From: Takakia lepidozioides
Taxonomy: Eukaryota > Plantae > Bryophyta
DNA: 64,000 nucleotides
Assembly: GCA_030704615.1 (NCBI GenBank)
Contig: CM060731.1
Coordinates: forward strand, 10,478,001-10,542,000
Direction: 5' to 3'
Part shown: positions 25,801-38,662 of the stretch, piece by piece
How positions within the stretch are numbered: the stretch's first letter is position 1
How the letters are laid out: every line of letters starts with the position of its first letter
The notes under the pieces: generated by a model
Seen by the model: only the letters and a program-made list of their open reading frames with translations
The model's database searches: none
What the model was told of the DNA's origin: nothing
Program-made: the position numbers and the translations under genes

Positions 25801-27272
25801 TACGACATTCTCCACAATGAGTGACATTTCTTTAATTTCCTTCAACAAGACATGAGCTTGGATTTCACGGATATGCCGACGACGAACATGGCCGAATCGG
25901 TGCACTCTTCCTGGCGTGCCTCCTCTGCGGCACATCTCGTTGACATGTTGACAGCAACAACAGAAGATATTGTGAGGGCCATCATACAACAATCTCGTTA
26001 CTACCAGTTTCCGGGAGGAAAGCAATGGGGTATCGGACCAGGCAGGCAGGAGATGCTGATGAGGGCGGCGCATCGTTCGACCGATCCCCAAAAATGGACT
26101 GCTGCATTGCGGGAAACAATAAAGTCAACGCAGTTACATAGTCGGGGGAACTGCCTGGAGGGCGATGTCCGTAGCTGGCCGGTGAAGAGAAGAATTGAGG
26201 ACATGCCAGGAGGCGACGGTGATTCATGGAGATCAGATATGAATATCCGCACTCAACCTTGGGGCGCAACGATATTGCGTCCCACGCCTCCTCCCAGCAT
26301 GACTCGTACCCCCTCTCCTGCAGCATCCATGGAATCGCTGCCAGACTCGGGACAACATGCCGAGGATGAGCATGCTGCTCCTATTATCCTTACCCAATAC
26401 AACATTCCAATCGTGGAGCGAGATGTGTCGGCCTCGCAATGGAGAATTGCACGGACCCGTCCGTCATTTCGTGGCAAATGTTGTGCTGTTCGTGTCGACA
26501 CCAACCAGAGATGCAATGAGATGATTCGGAGGAGCCCGCAGGGCGGTGTGCCTGACCCTTGCTTCACAGGGAGATTTGTGTGCGCAAAGTTTGTGGAGGC
26601 CACACTGAAGGAGTTTTGGTTCTGCAGGCACGACATCATGTCGTGTGTGTTTGGCAGGCCCAAGTATGGTGTACAAGGCATGCCTGAACCCCCAGCAGTC
26701 TGGCCTGTGGCAACTCGTACAGATCTTACCCTGGAGGAGGCAGACGCTTTAGGAAGTGCAGGGTTTCGACTGGTGGAGAGGCAGACATTCCACAAAATCC
26801 AATTCCTAGTCGTCATCCTCCTCCCACGAGAAGCTCTTCGCCCCGCATACAGGTGGGTGACCCCACGGCTTGGCCCACCCATCGGTGGGGGAAATTGAAA
26901 AGACGGCGGCCACCAACAAAGGCGAACGACACCAGGATGACCAACGCTCTTGCAATGCCCTGCATAGTGCAAGGTTGCAGGGATGTTCCTCACCCCGGGA
27001 TAGGGCGCATATTTCAGTTGTCAACAGCCGGGTCTGCTGCGCGCAGTGTCGTGTATGCAATCACGGTTTCTCAGTACCCAGCTTGCAACTGTGAGGACTT
27101 CCTTGTTATGGAATCGAAGAATGCAGCATACGTCCCCTGCAAACAACTTTATTACATTTTTCTGAAGCACATGAGTTGCATATCCGCAGTGGACGTCTTC
27201 ATCCATGCTCCAACACTAAGCTTTAACGAGCTGCACAAGGCCCTACGGCAGGATACAGGTCGGACTGCTTGA
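22801..27272 (+). pseudogene. Second GCM-like/MULE/SWIM transposase (diverged paralog), interrupted by a CACTA insertion
   Basis: Colinear with 15143-18690: HPWCVTKT, CAGHLKC, WVMFDH, FMADNAQANW, CGFHF, TTNMAESVH, CNCEDF..PCK. Intron donor at 25762 is in the same position as 17231. Confidence 0.88.
24006..24855. mobile_element. Non-autonomous CACTA (En/Spm) element
   Basis: TIRs CACTACAATAGATCGCGG / ccgcgatatgttgtagta; 3-bp TSD tcc (24003-05, 24856-58); ATGACT/AGTCAT subterminal repeats. Removing it rejoins the transposase colinearly with copy 1. Confidence 0.92.
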
Positions 27273-27958
27273 CATTCCACATTCGGGAAGGAGAAAGTGG
27301 CAATTATATTACATTCATCTTCTTGCACCCTATTTTTTTGTGAGGAATTATACACTTGGTGGTGCCGCACTGCCATGGCTCTAGGTGCATTTTGGTGCCG
27401 CAATACATGAGAATGTGGTTTTTGGCCGTGAATGGCATGGGCATGTTTTTTTTTATTTTGGTTATGTCTATAAATGGATCCGAGGAAAGCATACATTGTG
27501 TGGAGATACACGGACATTGTGGCCTATTTCAGCGCCGTTATTGGTCTATATACTGCATAATGCTTCCTTGTTACTGCTCTTCATTCAATTTGTGGTGATT
27601 TCGCAGCCCATCCTGGCATTTTCGTCCACCTTTATGAGAAGACTCCGATTTGCTACCAATACATCGTCAGTGTTCTGCAAATGTGATGCCTTTACAGGAT
27701 TGCTAGTTCTGTGTCCCAGTGGGAAGGGTCCTACTGCACATTCCAGCATTTGCATACTGCACCTTGTGCACATAGCAATCCATACGACAAAGGACACGTC
27801 CCAGCATACTGGTAGTGAATTGCAAAAAACCTTAACAGAAGATTATCCAAGCATGTATATTCCCCATATGGCACAGGGAAGCTACTTGATTTCTGAATCA
27901 AAATGTATGTGCCATGAGTGTCGGCGAGTCGAAACATGTCTACTCTAGCATGCAAGAC

Positions 27959-28510
27959 CTATGGTCCCCTCGCCCAAGAAGAAGGAACTCGAACTGGCCT
28001 CTCAAGGACCTCCTGAGTGACTAGGTGCCGATATTTGAACAAAATGTCAGCGGTTTCTGTCGCCCGGTTGAAACTAACGAGGATGTCGTGTTTATCGATA
28101 GTGCCCCCTTTGTAGAAGGACATTTTCACAATGGGCCCTGTGTTCCTCTCCTCCTCCTCCTCATAACTGAAGAGAATGTCCCCATTTTCCGAGCCAGTCC
28201 GTCCACGCGTGAAGTTTTCACCTATGCACTCATCATACGTCCACTCGCAACAGTTCCAGCGATACAGCAACGCTGTGCGTGATCTGTTCGGCTCCCACTC
28301 AAGCGGAAAGTCCAGGTCCATGATGCGCAGGAACCACCTGCTCCTCAGCCGGGGTCCAGGAGAATCGTGCAATCCTGGAAGAAACTCCATTGCTCTCAGC
28401 TGGACAAGTCGAGGATCGTCCCTGTAAACATCTAGGAAGACAATGATGTCGTCTGCTTTCGGGACAATGACTCCCGTCTGGCGTCGATAGATGTGATTCG
28501 GGCACAACAT
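27959..28510 (-). CDS. Hypothetical protein (~183 aa), cargo ORF of element 2
   Basis: Uninterrupted ORF of globular composition between the transposase and the subterminal array; no recognisable family. Confidence 0.45.
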   Translation of the reverse strand: MLCPNHIYRRQTGVIVPKADDIIVFLDVYRDDPRLVQLRAMEFLPGLHDSPGPRLRSRWFLRIMDLDFPLEWEPNRSRTALLYRWNCCEWTYDECIGENFTRGRTGSENGDILFSYEEEEERNTGPIVKMSFYKGGTIDKHDILVSFNRATETADILFKYRHLVTQEVLERPVRVPSSWARGP

Positions 28511-28749
28511 GGCCTCACGACACAACAAGAACACAGAGCAGGGAGGAGATGGGCACAGCAGAGAAGAGTGAAGAGCAAAATGAGAGCGAGGCCGGCGGAA
28601 GAGGGATATATCATTGTTGCACTGCCAATGTCGTATGCAGCAGAACTTCTATTTCCTCCGACATGTGTGCTTTTATTAGACAAATCCGCACCAGTTTCAG
28701 GACAGTTTGCAAAACTCCCTCACCGTAAGGCGGATATTTGCTCTCCGGA

Positions 28750-29157
28750 GCCCAATTTCGGCGCCGTTATTGGTTGCACTCCCCAGCCTTCAGCCGGATA
28801 TTTGGTTTCCGGACCCCAATTTCAGCGCCGTTATCGGCTGCACTCTGGTGGCTTCAGCCGAGTATTTGGTTTCCGGGGCCCAATTTCGGCGCCGTTATTG
28901 GCTGCACTCCGGAGGCTTCAGCCGGGTATTTGGTTGGCGGAGCCCAATTTCGGCACCGTTATTGGCTTCACTCCCGAGCCTTCAGCCGGCTATTTCTTTT
29001 CTTGTGCCCAATTACGGTGCCGTTATACCCAACCATCCTGCACTTCTGCAACAGTACTATCCACGGTTATAGGTCGCCATTACGTTTTCGGAGTCTGCAA
29101 ACCCGGATCCTAATTCCGCTTGTGTCCCTTCCTCTGGGGTAATTTCGGTGCCGTTAT
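28750..29157. repeat. Palindrome array E, 64-bp tandem units (AATTTCGGCGCCGTTATT)
   Basis: Cores at 28760, 28824, 28888, 28952, 29016, 29147. Confidence 0.92.
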
Positions 29158-29524
29158 TGCCCAGAATTCAGTTTTTCTATGACCTGGCCTGGCGGTCCAT
29201 GAGCTTGGGCTCCAAGTCATGAGCGGACACTGGTACTTATGAGCGGAGTGCTTCCAGCATGAGCGCGGAAATCTTCGAAAACCTTCTCTTCTTATACTAC
29301 TTTCGATTATTTTATAGTTTTGGGCCCGAAAAAAATCTGTCGAAATTCCAAGTGTGTTACTTGGCGGCTCATGGGTGAGCCATGCCCGCTCATGAGCTCA
29401 TGAGCTCATGGAATAGCAACCCCCCTTGCTGCTCTGGGGATTGCCTAAGGGTCAAGGTCTCGTGCAAGTAAGCTGACAAGCAGTTCTGATCCTCATAATG
29501 CAAGACTTCAGTGAGTTCCACGGA

Positions 29525-30595
29525 ATAGACCATCTACCCATGGAGGTTTCTTGTAGTTATTGATCCACAGGGAATCATAGGTAATCTTGTGCTTGAAATT
29601 TGGCCCTCTAGGATGAATCTGGACCCACACTCTATCCCTGCTCCTTCAGCTATCCATGCCCCTGCATAAATCATGCATTCATCCTTGTCTTGCTGCTAGG
29701 AGCTAACAATGACAGCCTAGATTTGTTCAGCTAGGAAACACCCAACTCAGCTTATCACACTAGTTCATATGCTCAATTGCGCCTGCTACTCTCTGAAATG
29801 TAGCAGGCATTCACCTTTTTGCCTCGGTTGTCCCATCATTGACTGGGGGCAGAAAAATATTCATTCCACAGCTTTTCCTCATGTCTGTTACTTGTTTTTT
29901 GATACTTTCCTGTTGTCACATAGCAATATCATGTCAAAGTCACTCCAAACTAGATTCACTCAACCAGCTAACTTGTAGAATTCAACATGGAAATTTTGGG
30001 CCGATTCTGATAAGAGGGAAAAACAGGGTGAAATGTGCTGAAGAAGATGCTTTCATTAACAATGTCTGATTTTATCAATTGTGCCGTTGCTGTCAGTTGA
30101 CCATCTACCCATGCAAGTTTCTTGTAGCTGCATACTTAATGCGGAGCTTGAAGTCTGGCCCTCTTGAGTGAATCTGCACCCACACTCTATCCCTGCTCCT
30201 TCAGCTATCCATGACTCGCACGAATCATGCATACAACCTTGCCTTGTTGCTAGCAGTTGACGATGACAGCCTAGACTTGTTCTAGGAAGCACCCAACTCA
30301 ACTTATCACACTAGTTCCTACGCTCAATTGCATCTGCTACTCTCTATAATCCAACAAACATTCACCTTCTTGCCTCGATTGTCCCACCATTGACTGGGGT
30401 CAGAAAAGTATTCAATCCACAACTTCTCCTCGTCTATGTTACCTGTTTCTGATACTTTCCTGTTGTCACATTGACAGAATCATGTCGAAGTCACTCCAAA
30501 CTATCAAAGCTTCACTCAACCAGCTAACTTGTAGAATTCAGACATGAATAATTAGGGACGATTCTGATAAGAGGGGAAAACAAGGTGAAATTGAA
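29525..30595. repeat. Degenerate ~560-bp tandem duplication, partial third copy at ~31270-31420
   Basis: gaccatctacccatg at 29528/30099; ttcactcaaccagctaacttgtagaattca at 29954/30511; gaatctggacccacactctatccct-like motif at ~29615, ~30170, ~31292. Confidence 0.8.
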
Positions 30596-31549
30596 GAATG
30601 TGCCTTCATTAGCAGTCATTAGCACATAACTATGAAAGCTATCAAAACATAACTGTTCTAAAGCCAGACATTTTAACACACGTTTATGGATGAAACTCAT
30701 GAAAAGCACTTTGCAAAACTACAAAACTTACAAAACACCTCTCAAACCAACCCAGTTCCAAACAACAAGAACCCTTCTAGATGATACACACTTTGTTTGC
30801 CATATCCAACGCATCATAATTAGTTGTCAGCCTTACATAAGCCTTCTCCAGCCCATCAGGCCTGTTGCACAAAATTGCAGCCGGGTGTAAGAATTGTAAG
30901 AATTGAGCCTTGAAAAAAATAATCAATCATGGTAATCTTAGGTTGTCGCCCACACAGGGTGTGAAGGTAACTCAGGCAGGGCTACTTCAAGCCTACATGA
31001 CAAGTGGATTCTGTTTCAGAGTGAAAAGGATAGCGTAGCATTCTGGCAGGCAAAGAATTGGTATGCTCTTGAGAAAACGAGCGGTATACTTTGTGAGGGG
31101 ACTCCAAAGGCACTACAGCTTGTGGATGTACCATCATGCCTACCATGACAAAGAGGTGAGAATCTGTGAAAAGCCTCACGTCAGCAATGAAGACAACATA
31201 TTCAGTCCAGATCATACCTTATCAAAGTGTTAATCTTCTTTGTATGGATGTTGATCGTACATCTTCTTCACTTGAAATCCGGTCCTCTTATGAATCTGGA
31301 CCCACACTCTATCCCTGGTCCTTCAGCTATCCATGCCTGTGTAGAAACCATGAATACATCTTCAGCCTTGCTGCTAGCAGCTGACACTGACGACGTGAAG
31401 TTCTTTGAGGAAACACCCCAACCCTATCTACAGTAACGTCAAAATCACTACAAACCACCATAGATTCACCAACGAGCTTCTCCACATCTACGTTATGTGT
31501 TTTTGGATAATTCTTGCTGCCACATTGGCAATAACTCCAGGTTAGGCTT

Positions 31550-34130
31550 TAGGGCAGTGTTCAGGCTGACATCTAGTACATTTCCAGCTTTGACTATGTC
31601 ACCATGAACCAGTAAACAGATGCAAAGAGCAAAGGAGAATGTAATTGCCCGATGTCTAAGCATCGCAGCTCCATGCATGTAAGCCCCCAAGCATTTCTGA
31701 TCCTCGTAATGGAGTAGACCTAGAGGGGGTTGTGTCCAAAACTCTAGAGGTTTGGTGCCCAAAGACTCTCCTTGAAAATGAGGTTAGACAAAAACTACCC
31801 TAGACTTGTTTTCAATCTATGACAAGAGCAAAGACCCGATCTCATGATCTCAGCAAACACCCCTTTATAATGTCACCATGGACCTTATAATTGTCCTTTT
31901 CTAGGGCTGCCAAGCTTGCACATACAATGTGCATTGCAAACACAAAGAAACCTGATGTGGTCAATGGGCTAAACACACCTTAATTCATGCACCATTTGCT
32001 TAGAGGTCTTCAAGGACTCCATCCCACTGTACGTATCCTGCAATCATGGGCTCCATGATCATACCACATTTTGTTCAGCCATATTGTTGAACACTCCCTT
32101 AATTGCATCCCACATTTGGCATACATGTACACGGCATTGAGTTCATCAAATCCTACAACAGCCCACCATCGCTGCCCACTGCTACAAACTGCCACAAAAA
32201 CAGTTACACAAGACTTACAGATGATTGGTGGAAGGCAAGGCCCCTCGCCATGGGCTAGATTAATTGTATGTTGCAGCCCAGAACAACGACGGGAAGTCAT
32301 CTAGGGCAGCAAACCCCATCTTGGCAGCGTCTTTTGTGTGAGAGAAGTCAAGCTGAACCTGCTCATCATATTGAGTGGGATGGACCAGATGTAAAGCTAC
32401 CAAGCCAACCACACTCATATTCGCACTCAAGCAACATAAGCTGGAGCCATTTTCAGATTATGAGTACCCGTGTTTTAAGAATACTCCTTCTTCAACTTGC
32501 GGTGAACGGGCATAAAACTTCACAATGTGCAGCAGTTAATGGACCAAGATGCGGAGCTGAACTGGGTATCTAGTTGGGCAATGCTAGTTTCAAACCCCTG
32601 CGTTTCAAAGATCTGGCTTGAATGGGCACACTCCGGCAGTGGAAGGCTCACGGAGTAATGAGTTTGGGCTGATATGCATGCTGACATGCCATGCCGGTGC
32701 AAAGAACAACGCTCTGAGTGGTGATTGTGATCTCAAAATCTGCCCCTGCATTCAAGCTGATTTCTCTCTCGAGCATAGCCACCTTGTGGATGTTCCAGCC
32801 AGTGTCCAAAAACAGCTCAAGTGCAAGACAACAACATCAGCAAGGCATGGTTAGGTAAGCAAGGTCATGGTGGAGAGGCATTTGAACTCTCTGAACGTAA
32901 TGTGGTCGGACTTCACCCCTCCCACATCAACTGCTCATAGGTCTCCAAAACCTGCAATCCCCGCCCCTGTTGTGCATGTCCTGCGATCATCACTTTCCAC
33001 GACACCACATTTCGCTCAGCCATTTTGTTGAACACTCCCTATCCAGAAGGGTATTGTTCAGAATGACATCTACCACAATTCCAGCTTTGACGATGCAACC
33101 ATGGACCTCTTTGCCCTTCTCTAGCACGCTCGCACATGCACTACAAACACAAATAAACGTAATGTGCTCGGGCTTCACCCCCTAGACCGACATCATTTGC
33201 TCATAGGTCTCCAAAACCCGCAATCTCCGCCCATGTTGTGCATGTCCTGCGATCATCACGTTCCACCACACCACATTTCGCTCAGCCATATTGTTGAACA
33301 CTCCTTGTCCACAAGGGAATGCTCCCACGTTTGGCATACATGTCGACGAGGTATTGTTACATCTGGTACAGTTCCAGCTTTGACGATGTCACGATGGACC
33401 TCTTTGCACTTTACCAGGTCTCCAAGTCTCCAGGGCTGCCAGGTTTGCACATGCATTGCAAACACAAATGAACATGACCCGGTCAGGCTGCACCCCTTCT
33501 CGCAACATTTGCTCATATGTCTCCAATGCCCTCATCCCGCACACATGCTGGCCATATCTTGCGAGATTTAGCGTGTTCCATGAGACAACAACTCGTTCAG
33601 CCATGTTATCAAACTCTCCCTTCGCAACTTCATAGGTCTCCAAAGCCTCCATCCCATGTCCCTGCTGTGCATACCCTGCAAGCATCGCACTCCACGACAC
33701 TACATCTCGGCAAAACAGGCTGAAATAGGTCGAAGAAGAAGGTGCCCTCACCACATTGTCCTCTACCTTGTGTCATGACCCATTGCGGATTAGACTGACC
33801 ATGAACCCAAGAAGACCTCTTGTGCGTGCTGCTTGTATCTGTAGTCAGGTAATGTGGGATTGGTCCGTAAGAACCACCACGGTGCAGCTGAGCGGGCAGA
33901 GATTAAAGTATGGGCTGCTAAGACCAAGCTGATTCCCCCCTTGTGATCATCAGGAAGAGTACCAAATCATGGTACAAAGGGGAGCCAAGAGCCCACATTT
34001 GCACATAATGTGCCCCTGACGCCATAAACGCTTGCAACAACAGAACATGGGCCTCAATTTGGTCTTCGTCCTTCTCATATCACTTGCTCGTCTCTCTCCC
34101 AAGCCTCCATCCCTCTCCCAACACTTAGAC
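31550..34130 (-). pseudogene. Degenerate PLS-type PPR gene fragments
   Basis: ITFICVCSACASVLEKGKEVHGCIVKAG, DVVSWSAMLAGYAQQGHGMEALE, MYAKCG; motifs resemble the gene at 56.6-59.3 kb. Confidence 0.8.
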
Positions 34131-34509
34131 AAATTCAGGCAAAGGACAAAGTTACTCTTCCACCCTTAGATCATTTTACATCCGACGATTAGAACAATCT
34201 CTATGAGCCACAGAAGCCCTAAAATACATTAAAATATTCCACGTCATGAGCCATGTGGAGCATTTATAAAAATTCCATTTTTGAATAGGGTGTGCAATGA
34301 ATGCCTAGTTGTTAAGAGTCGTTCTCTAGTGCTTAAAACCACTTGTAATTGTTGTTTTAAGAAAAAAAAACAATTTACGTAATTGAATTAAATCGCCGCA
34401 AATATTGCGCCGACTGCGGAGTCATTGATGCAACTTCTATCTGCCATTAGAAATGCGAATTTATCCGTTACGACTGTGCAGTAGTAACAAACATCTCAAA
34501 GTTGTTCCT

Positions 34510-35646
34510 TCAGTGGTTTTGGACATGCAGTCGATTTGGAAAAGACACGAATGCTTCTAGTGCTTGTAGAAGATCGTGTGAGTCTGTAGTGTAAGTGGCT
34601 ACCACGACCATATGCCAGTGTGTGGTGCCCATAATCCAGTAGTCCACATGTGTCGGGTCTGATCCCCATTCACGGACCATGACAGCGCCAGTAGGAAGAC
34701 CATCAAGCCAAGTGTTGGCTCTGTACCTATATACTCGTTCTTCTTCAAACTTAATCGCTGGGTAGATGACCAAGTCACCTTCTGTTGCTTGGGCTTGTGC
34801 TGCAGGGATGTCGGAGAGCATTTGATGGTATCCAATGTCGAGCAATCCTCCATGTCCAAATAGCATGAACCGTAGCAGGGTGGCTCCTTGTCCATGGATG
34901 AATTCGTCCAACCATAGCTTGTTAATTCTGTGGTGCTGGCCAGCGTGCGTAGTGGCTCCATCATGGTCTTCGAAGCAGATGTCTTTGGATAGTCCAAGCT
35001 CCCGCCAGAGCAGGGGCTCTCCTCTTAGCAACTTTCTCTTGATTTCTGTGGGGGGTAATTTGTAGTTGAAACGTTGGTCAGCAATTGCTGTGACTCTGCT
35101 GAGGGCTGATGTAGGTGGGTACCGTCCCCATTCAAGTGTCTGAGATCTGGCCTTGGAGGTTAGTTTGTTGAACAGTATGTCAGTTGCCAAGTCGGCCAGT
35201 ACTTCAAACCTATCTAGCTAGACGTTGTCTTCTGCTGAGAACTCAAAGATTCCAATCCATTGTGCTTGATTTACTATCGTCGGTTACCATGAGTCGACAA
35301 TATGATGAAGTATGCTCTCCTCGTCTTCTAGCACTTGGTCTTGGAAAGGATATAGTCCTGGTGGGTAGTTAGGAATTGTATCAGAAGATTGGGGACCAGT
35401 ATCTGATGATGGTGCGTGTCGTGCACAGAATGCGTTAAAAACTCTTTCTTCCTCAGTTGAGTAGCCTGTTGGGTATTCCTTGCTTGTATTATTGTCTTCA
35501 GATCCGCTGTGAAGTGAGTCTTGTTCTTGGTTGTTGTGATGTGTTGTTGGAATTGCAAGCGCTGCGCCTATACCATTTGGGTGTATGAAGACTCTGGTTG
35601 TGTTAGCGTTCCTGCCATATGGATGTTGTGCGTTGTTTCGTATCAT
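34510..35646 (-). pseudogene. Orphan ~378-codon ORF with two nonsense changes
   Basis: ORFs 35284-35877 and 34510-35190 share a frame, separated only by TAA (35284-86) and TAG (35218-20). Confidence 0.5.
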
Positions 35647-36997
35647 AGCTGATAGCGGCGCGTTGATATGCAAATTTCGTGCAGAGTTGCTGCTGACCGT
35701 TCTGACGTGATTGTCCAAGTCAATGGAGATAGTGAATCGAGGGATCAATATATGAATAGAGACGTTTGTTTTGTTTTGTTTTGTTTGTTTGTTTTGTAGA
35801 TTTGAGAGGTCCCAAACTACGGGGGCCACCCTGAGTGCTTGGTACCATTGGAAAGCCCTCAATGAGGAGGGGTGCACTGACTTGGTCTCATGATTTTTGG
35901 ACCAGCAGTGTGGGAGATGTTGAATTTCAAGTAGTTTTGGTCTCTGGATTCACAAAATAGCAAAGTGGGCTTTCCTGGGACAATGATCGGAGCCTCGACA
36001 GGTGAGATATCAAGGACAAGGTCTCCGGTTCAAATCAGGTCGTAGGTTCTGTTAAAAATGATTAGACTTAGATGACTCAGATGACATTGGACACTTGGGC
36101 CAACGACACAGGCTACCCTAGTACATATGATTCAACAGAAGCCTTTGAGTACATTTTGTTTTGTTTTCAATAGGAAAGCGGACATAGGCCCTTTTACTCA
36201 AACAAAGAAGAGACCATTAGTCGGTTGCTGGTAAATTCGCAACGATATAGTTCTATTTTTTACATTGCACAAATGTAAATGAGGGTAAGCACAAAAAAAT
36301 TGTATCATTACACATACCCATGCTAGCTTGGGTTCATCAATCCTCAATACGGGTCGACTAAAGCCGAGTATGAAAATAGTTCATACTTAGACTGGTATGG
36401 TAGGTAGGCGGGTAGGTGCAATGTTCAAAACCCGGGGTCCAGGGTATAGCCGGGGTATAAGCCCCGAAACATACCCAACTGGTATACAATACCCTTACTC
36501 ATACCAGTGCACATACCCCGGCCGACTGGCACATACCAGTACAACACTGGTGTCCACTGTCCACGAGCCTTGTGCTCGGCACATAGTGGGGTTAGTTTGC
36601 AAGAGGTTATTTTTTCCTACCAAGTTGTGATGTCTAGTTTTGTGCTTGGTGGAGATGCGGCGCTCCTCAACGTGTGCACAGAAATAGCAGGGAAAATGTA
36701 GCTTAGAATGAGCATGCAACGAAGACCAAGGTACCCGAAGAGGAACTAGTCTTGTAAAATAGGAACGTGACACCTACAAAAATAGTCTGAAATCCACTGT
36801 ACAACAGTACAAGACACAAAACCTTAAAACCTTACACAAAACAAAAGGTCGCCACTGCTTGGACCACAAGGAAGAAGAGCAAGGCTGCATATGTCCAGCC
36901 TGCATCACCTGTACTCAAGCACACACGCAAAGTTAGACAACTGTTCTGCCCTTGACGTTCAAGTTACAGGTGAGATCGAAGACCAATTTGCTGTGAA

Positions 36998-38080
36998 CTA
37001 GGGAGTCCACATGCACCATGGGAGGAGTCGAATGATGCTGAGGAAGTAACATGAACTTCCGACTATGAAGTTTTCAGTTATGAGGTAAGGACCCTCAATG
37101 CGCTTCGAGGATTTGGAAACAATTTTCCCCAGCTGGACACGGACACACATAGTCTGGCCCACCAAGAACTCTTCTGAATATTGAACTTTCATGTTGTAGT
37201 TGCAAGCATGCACAACCTGCGCCCGAACAATATTAGTCCTGGCCTTATTGACAAACTGAAGCCTTTTGGAAAGCATGGCATCCACAAAGTGTTGCCAATC
37301 AGCGGGCTCTGCTATGGGAGCCAGCAATGGAGTATTATGAAGAGAAGTTCGAGCCTTTCTACCATAGAGAAGCTCAAAAGGAGAATACCCGGTGGTAGAA
37401 TGAACAGAAGTTTGATAAGCAAAAATCAAAGTGGGTAAAGTAGTGTCCCAATCACCCAATCTAGTGACCCTGTCTTCTCGAGAATAGCACACATGGTATG
37501 ATTGAACCTTTTAGTCAAGCCATTGCATTGAGGATGATAGGGTGCTATCATTTATGCTTCACACCAAGATTGAAGCACACAATCTGCATGAGCTGGTTAC
37601 AGAATCCAGTGCCCTGATCCGTTAGAATTTCCAAGGAATAGCCATGTCTCAAGATGATCTCGTTGAAAAAGAACTGCGCCACTGCATCCGTATCCTTAGC
37701 AGTCAAAAGTTGAACCTCAACCCATTTAGTTAGGTAATCAGTTGCTACAACTATGTAGCAATGTCCCTTCAACGTAGGATTGAGTGGCCCAACAAGGTCT
37801 AATCCCACCCTGGCAAATGGGTCAGTCGCCGGGATGGATTGCAAAACAAGTGAAGGACGGGCTCTAGGAAGTCGAGTTTTGGCATGACATTCCATACATC
37901 TGGAAACATAATCAGTAACATCTTGAACCATCCCCTTCCAATAGCTCTTGAAGTTGTTTCAGGGTACGAGTGATGCCCAGGTGTCCAGCAAAGGCAGAAG
38001 CATCATACAACTCAAGCAGTGCTGAAACTGAGTCCCTATTAGGAACTTCCATAGCATGGATCTGACCTTCCAAGGCAATT
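36998..38080 (-). mobile_element. Ty3/Gypsy integrase fragment (different family)
   Basis: AGHLGI..CMEC; PFARVGLDLVGP; VATDYLTKWVE; ILTDQG; [15 protein letters not shown]; GPY. Confidence 0.9.
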
Positions 38081-38662
38081 CTCATGAACAACTTTCCTTC
38101 ACGTTCCTCACATTAGGGAAAGTGATAGTTGACCCGTCGTTGAGTAGCCTTGGATATGCCTGCCAAATGAGTGTCGGTCATGCATTTATGGACCGGAGTA
38201 GAGCCGAATGTAATTGGTTCTCCATACCTGTACACTTAGCAAAACCAGAGAACAATGGGTTGATGTGAGGATATTGGAGTGTCCGCCCCTGTGTTCTCCT
38301 ATAGCATATAAGTCTCACACCACATCTAGTTCTGATTATGGAGGTAACAGGCAAGGCATTACAACACAGGTCCTAAGGGGATAAATCACTTTATGAAGAT
38401 ATGCAAGAATGAAGAGCACGAGCCTAAGCTAAGAAGCCACAACCACTCTGAAATATGCATATGAGATCTGTTGCACACCCCACCACCCAGAAGAGAATCA
38501 ACCAGGGTCAAATGTCATGAGATCCCAGCTATCCAGCAAGGCAATTAGCGGTCATTTAATTAATTCTGGACTTGTGGCTTAAATCCGGACCAAACTTAAT
38601 ATATATTTGAATTAAAATTAATTGAAATATTGATAATATCATGGTGTAATGTGTGATTGAAC

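Larger units (their letters stand above)
19487..29425 (+). mobile_element. MULE-like element 2 (divergent ParB gene and transposase, extra ORF, right terminus)
   Basis: Terminus gctcatggaatagcaacccccc at 29404-29425, CATGAGC/GCTCATG repeats at 29198-29410, ParB exon on -, transposase on +. Confidence 0.8.

Noticed and set aside
36419-36549. Small hAT-like MITE (caatgttc...caacactg with GGTA/TACC repeats)
   Set aside because: No TSD; probably a remnant, too weak to call.
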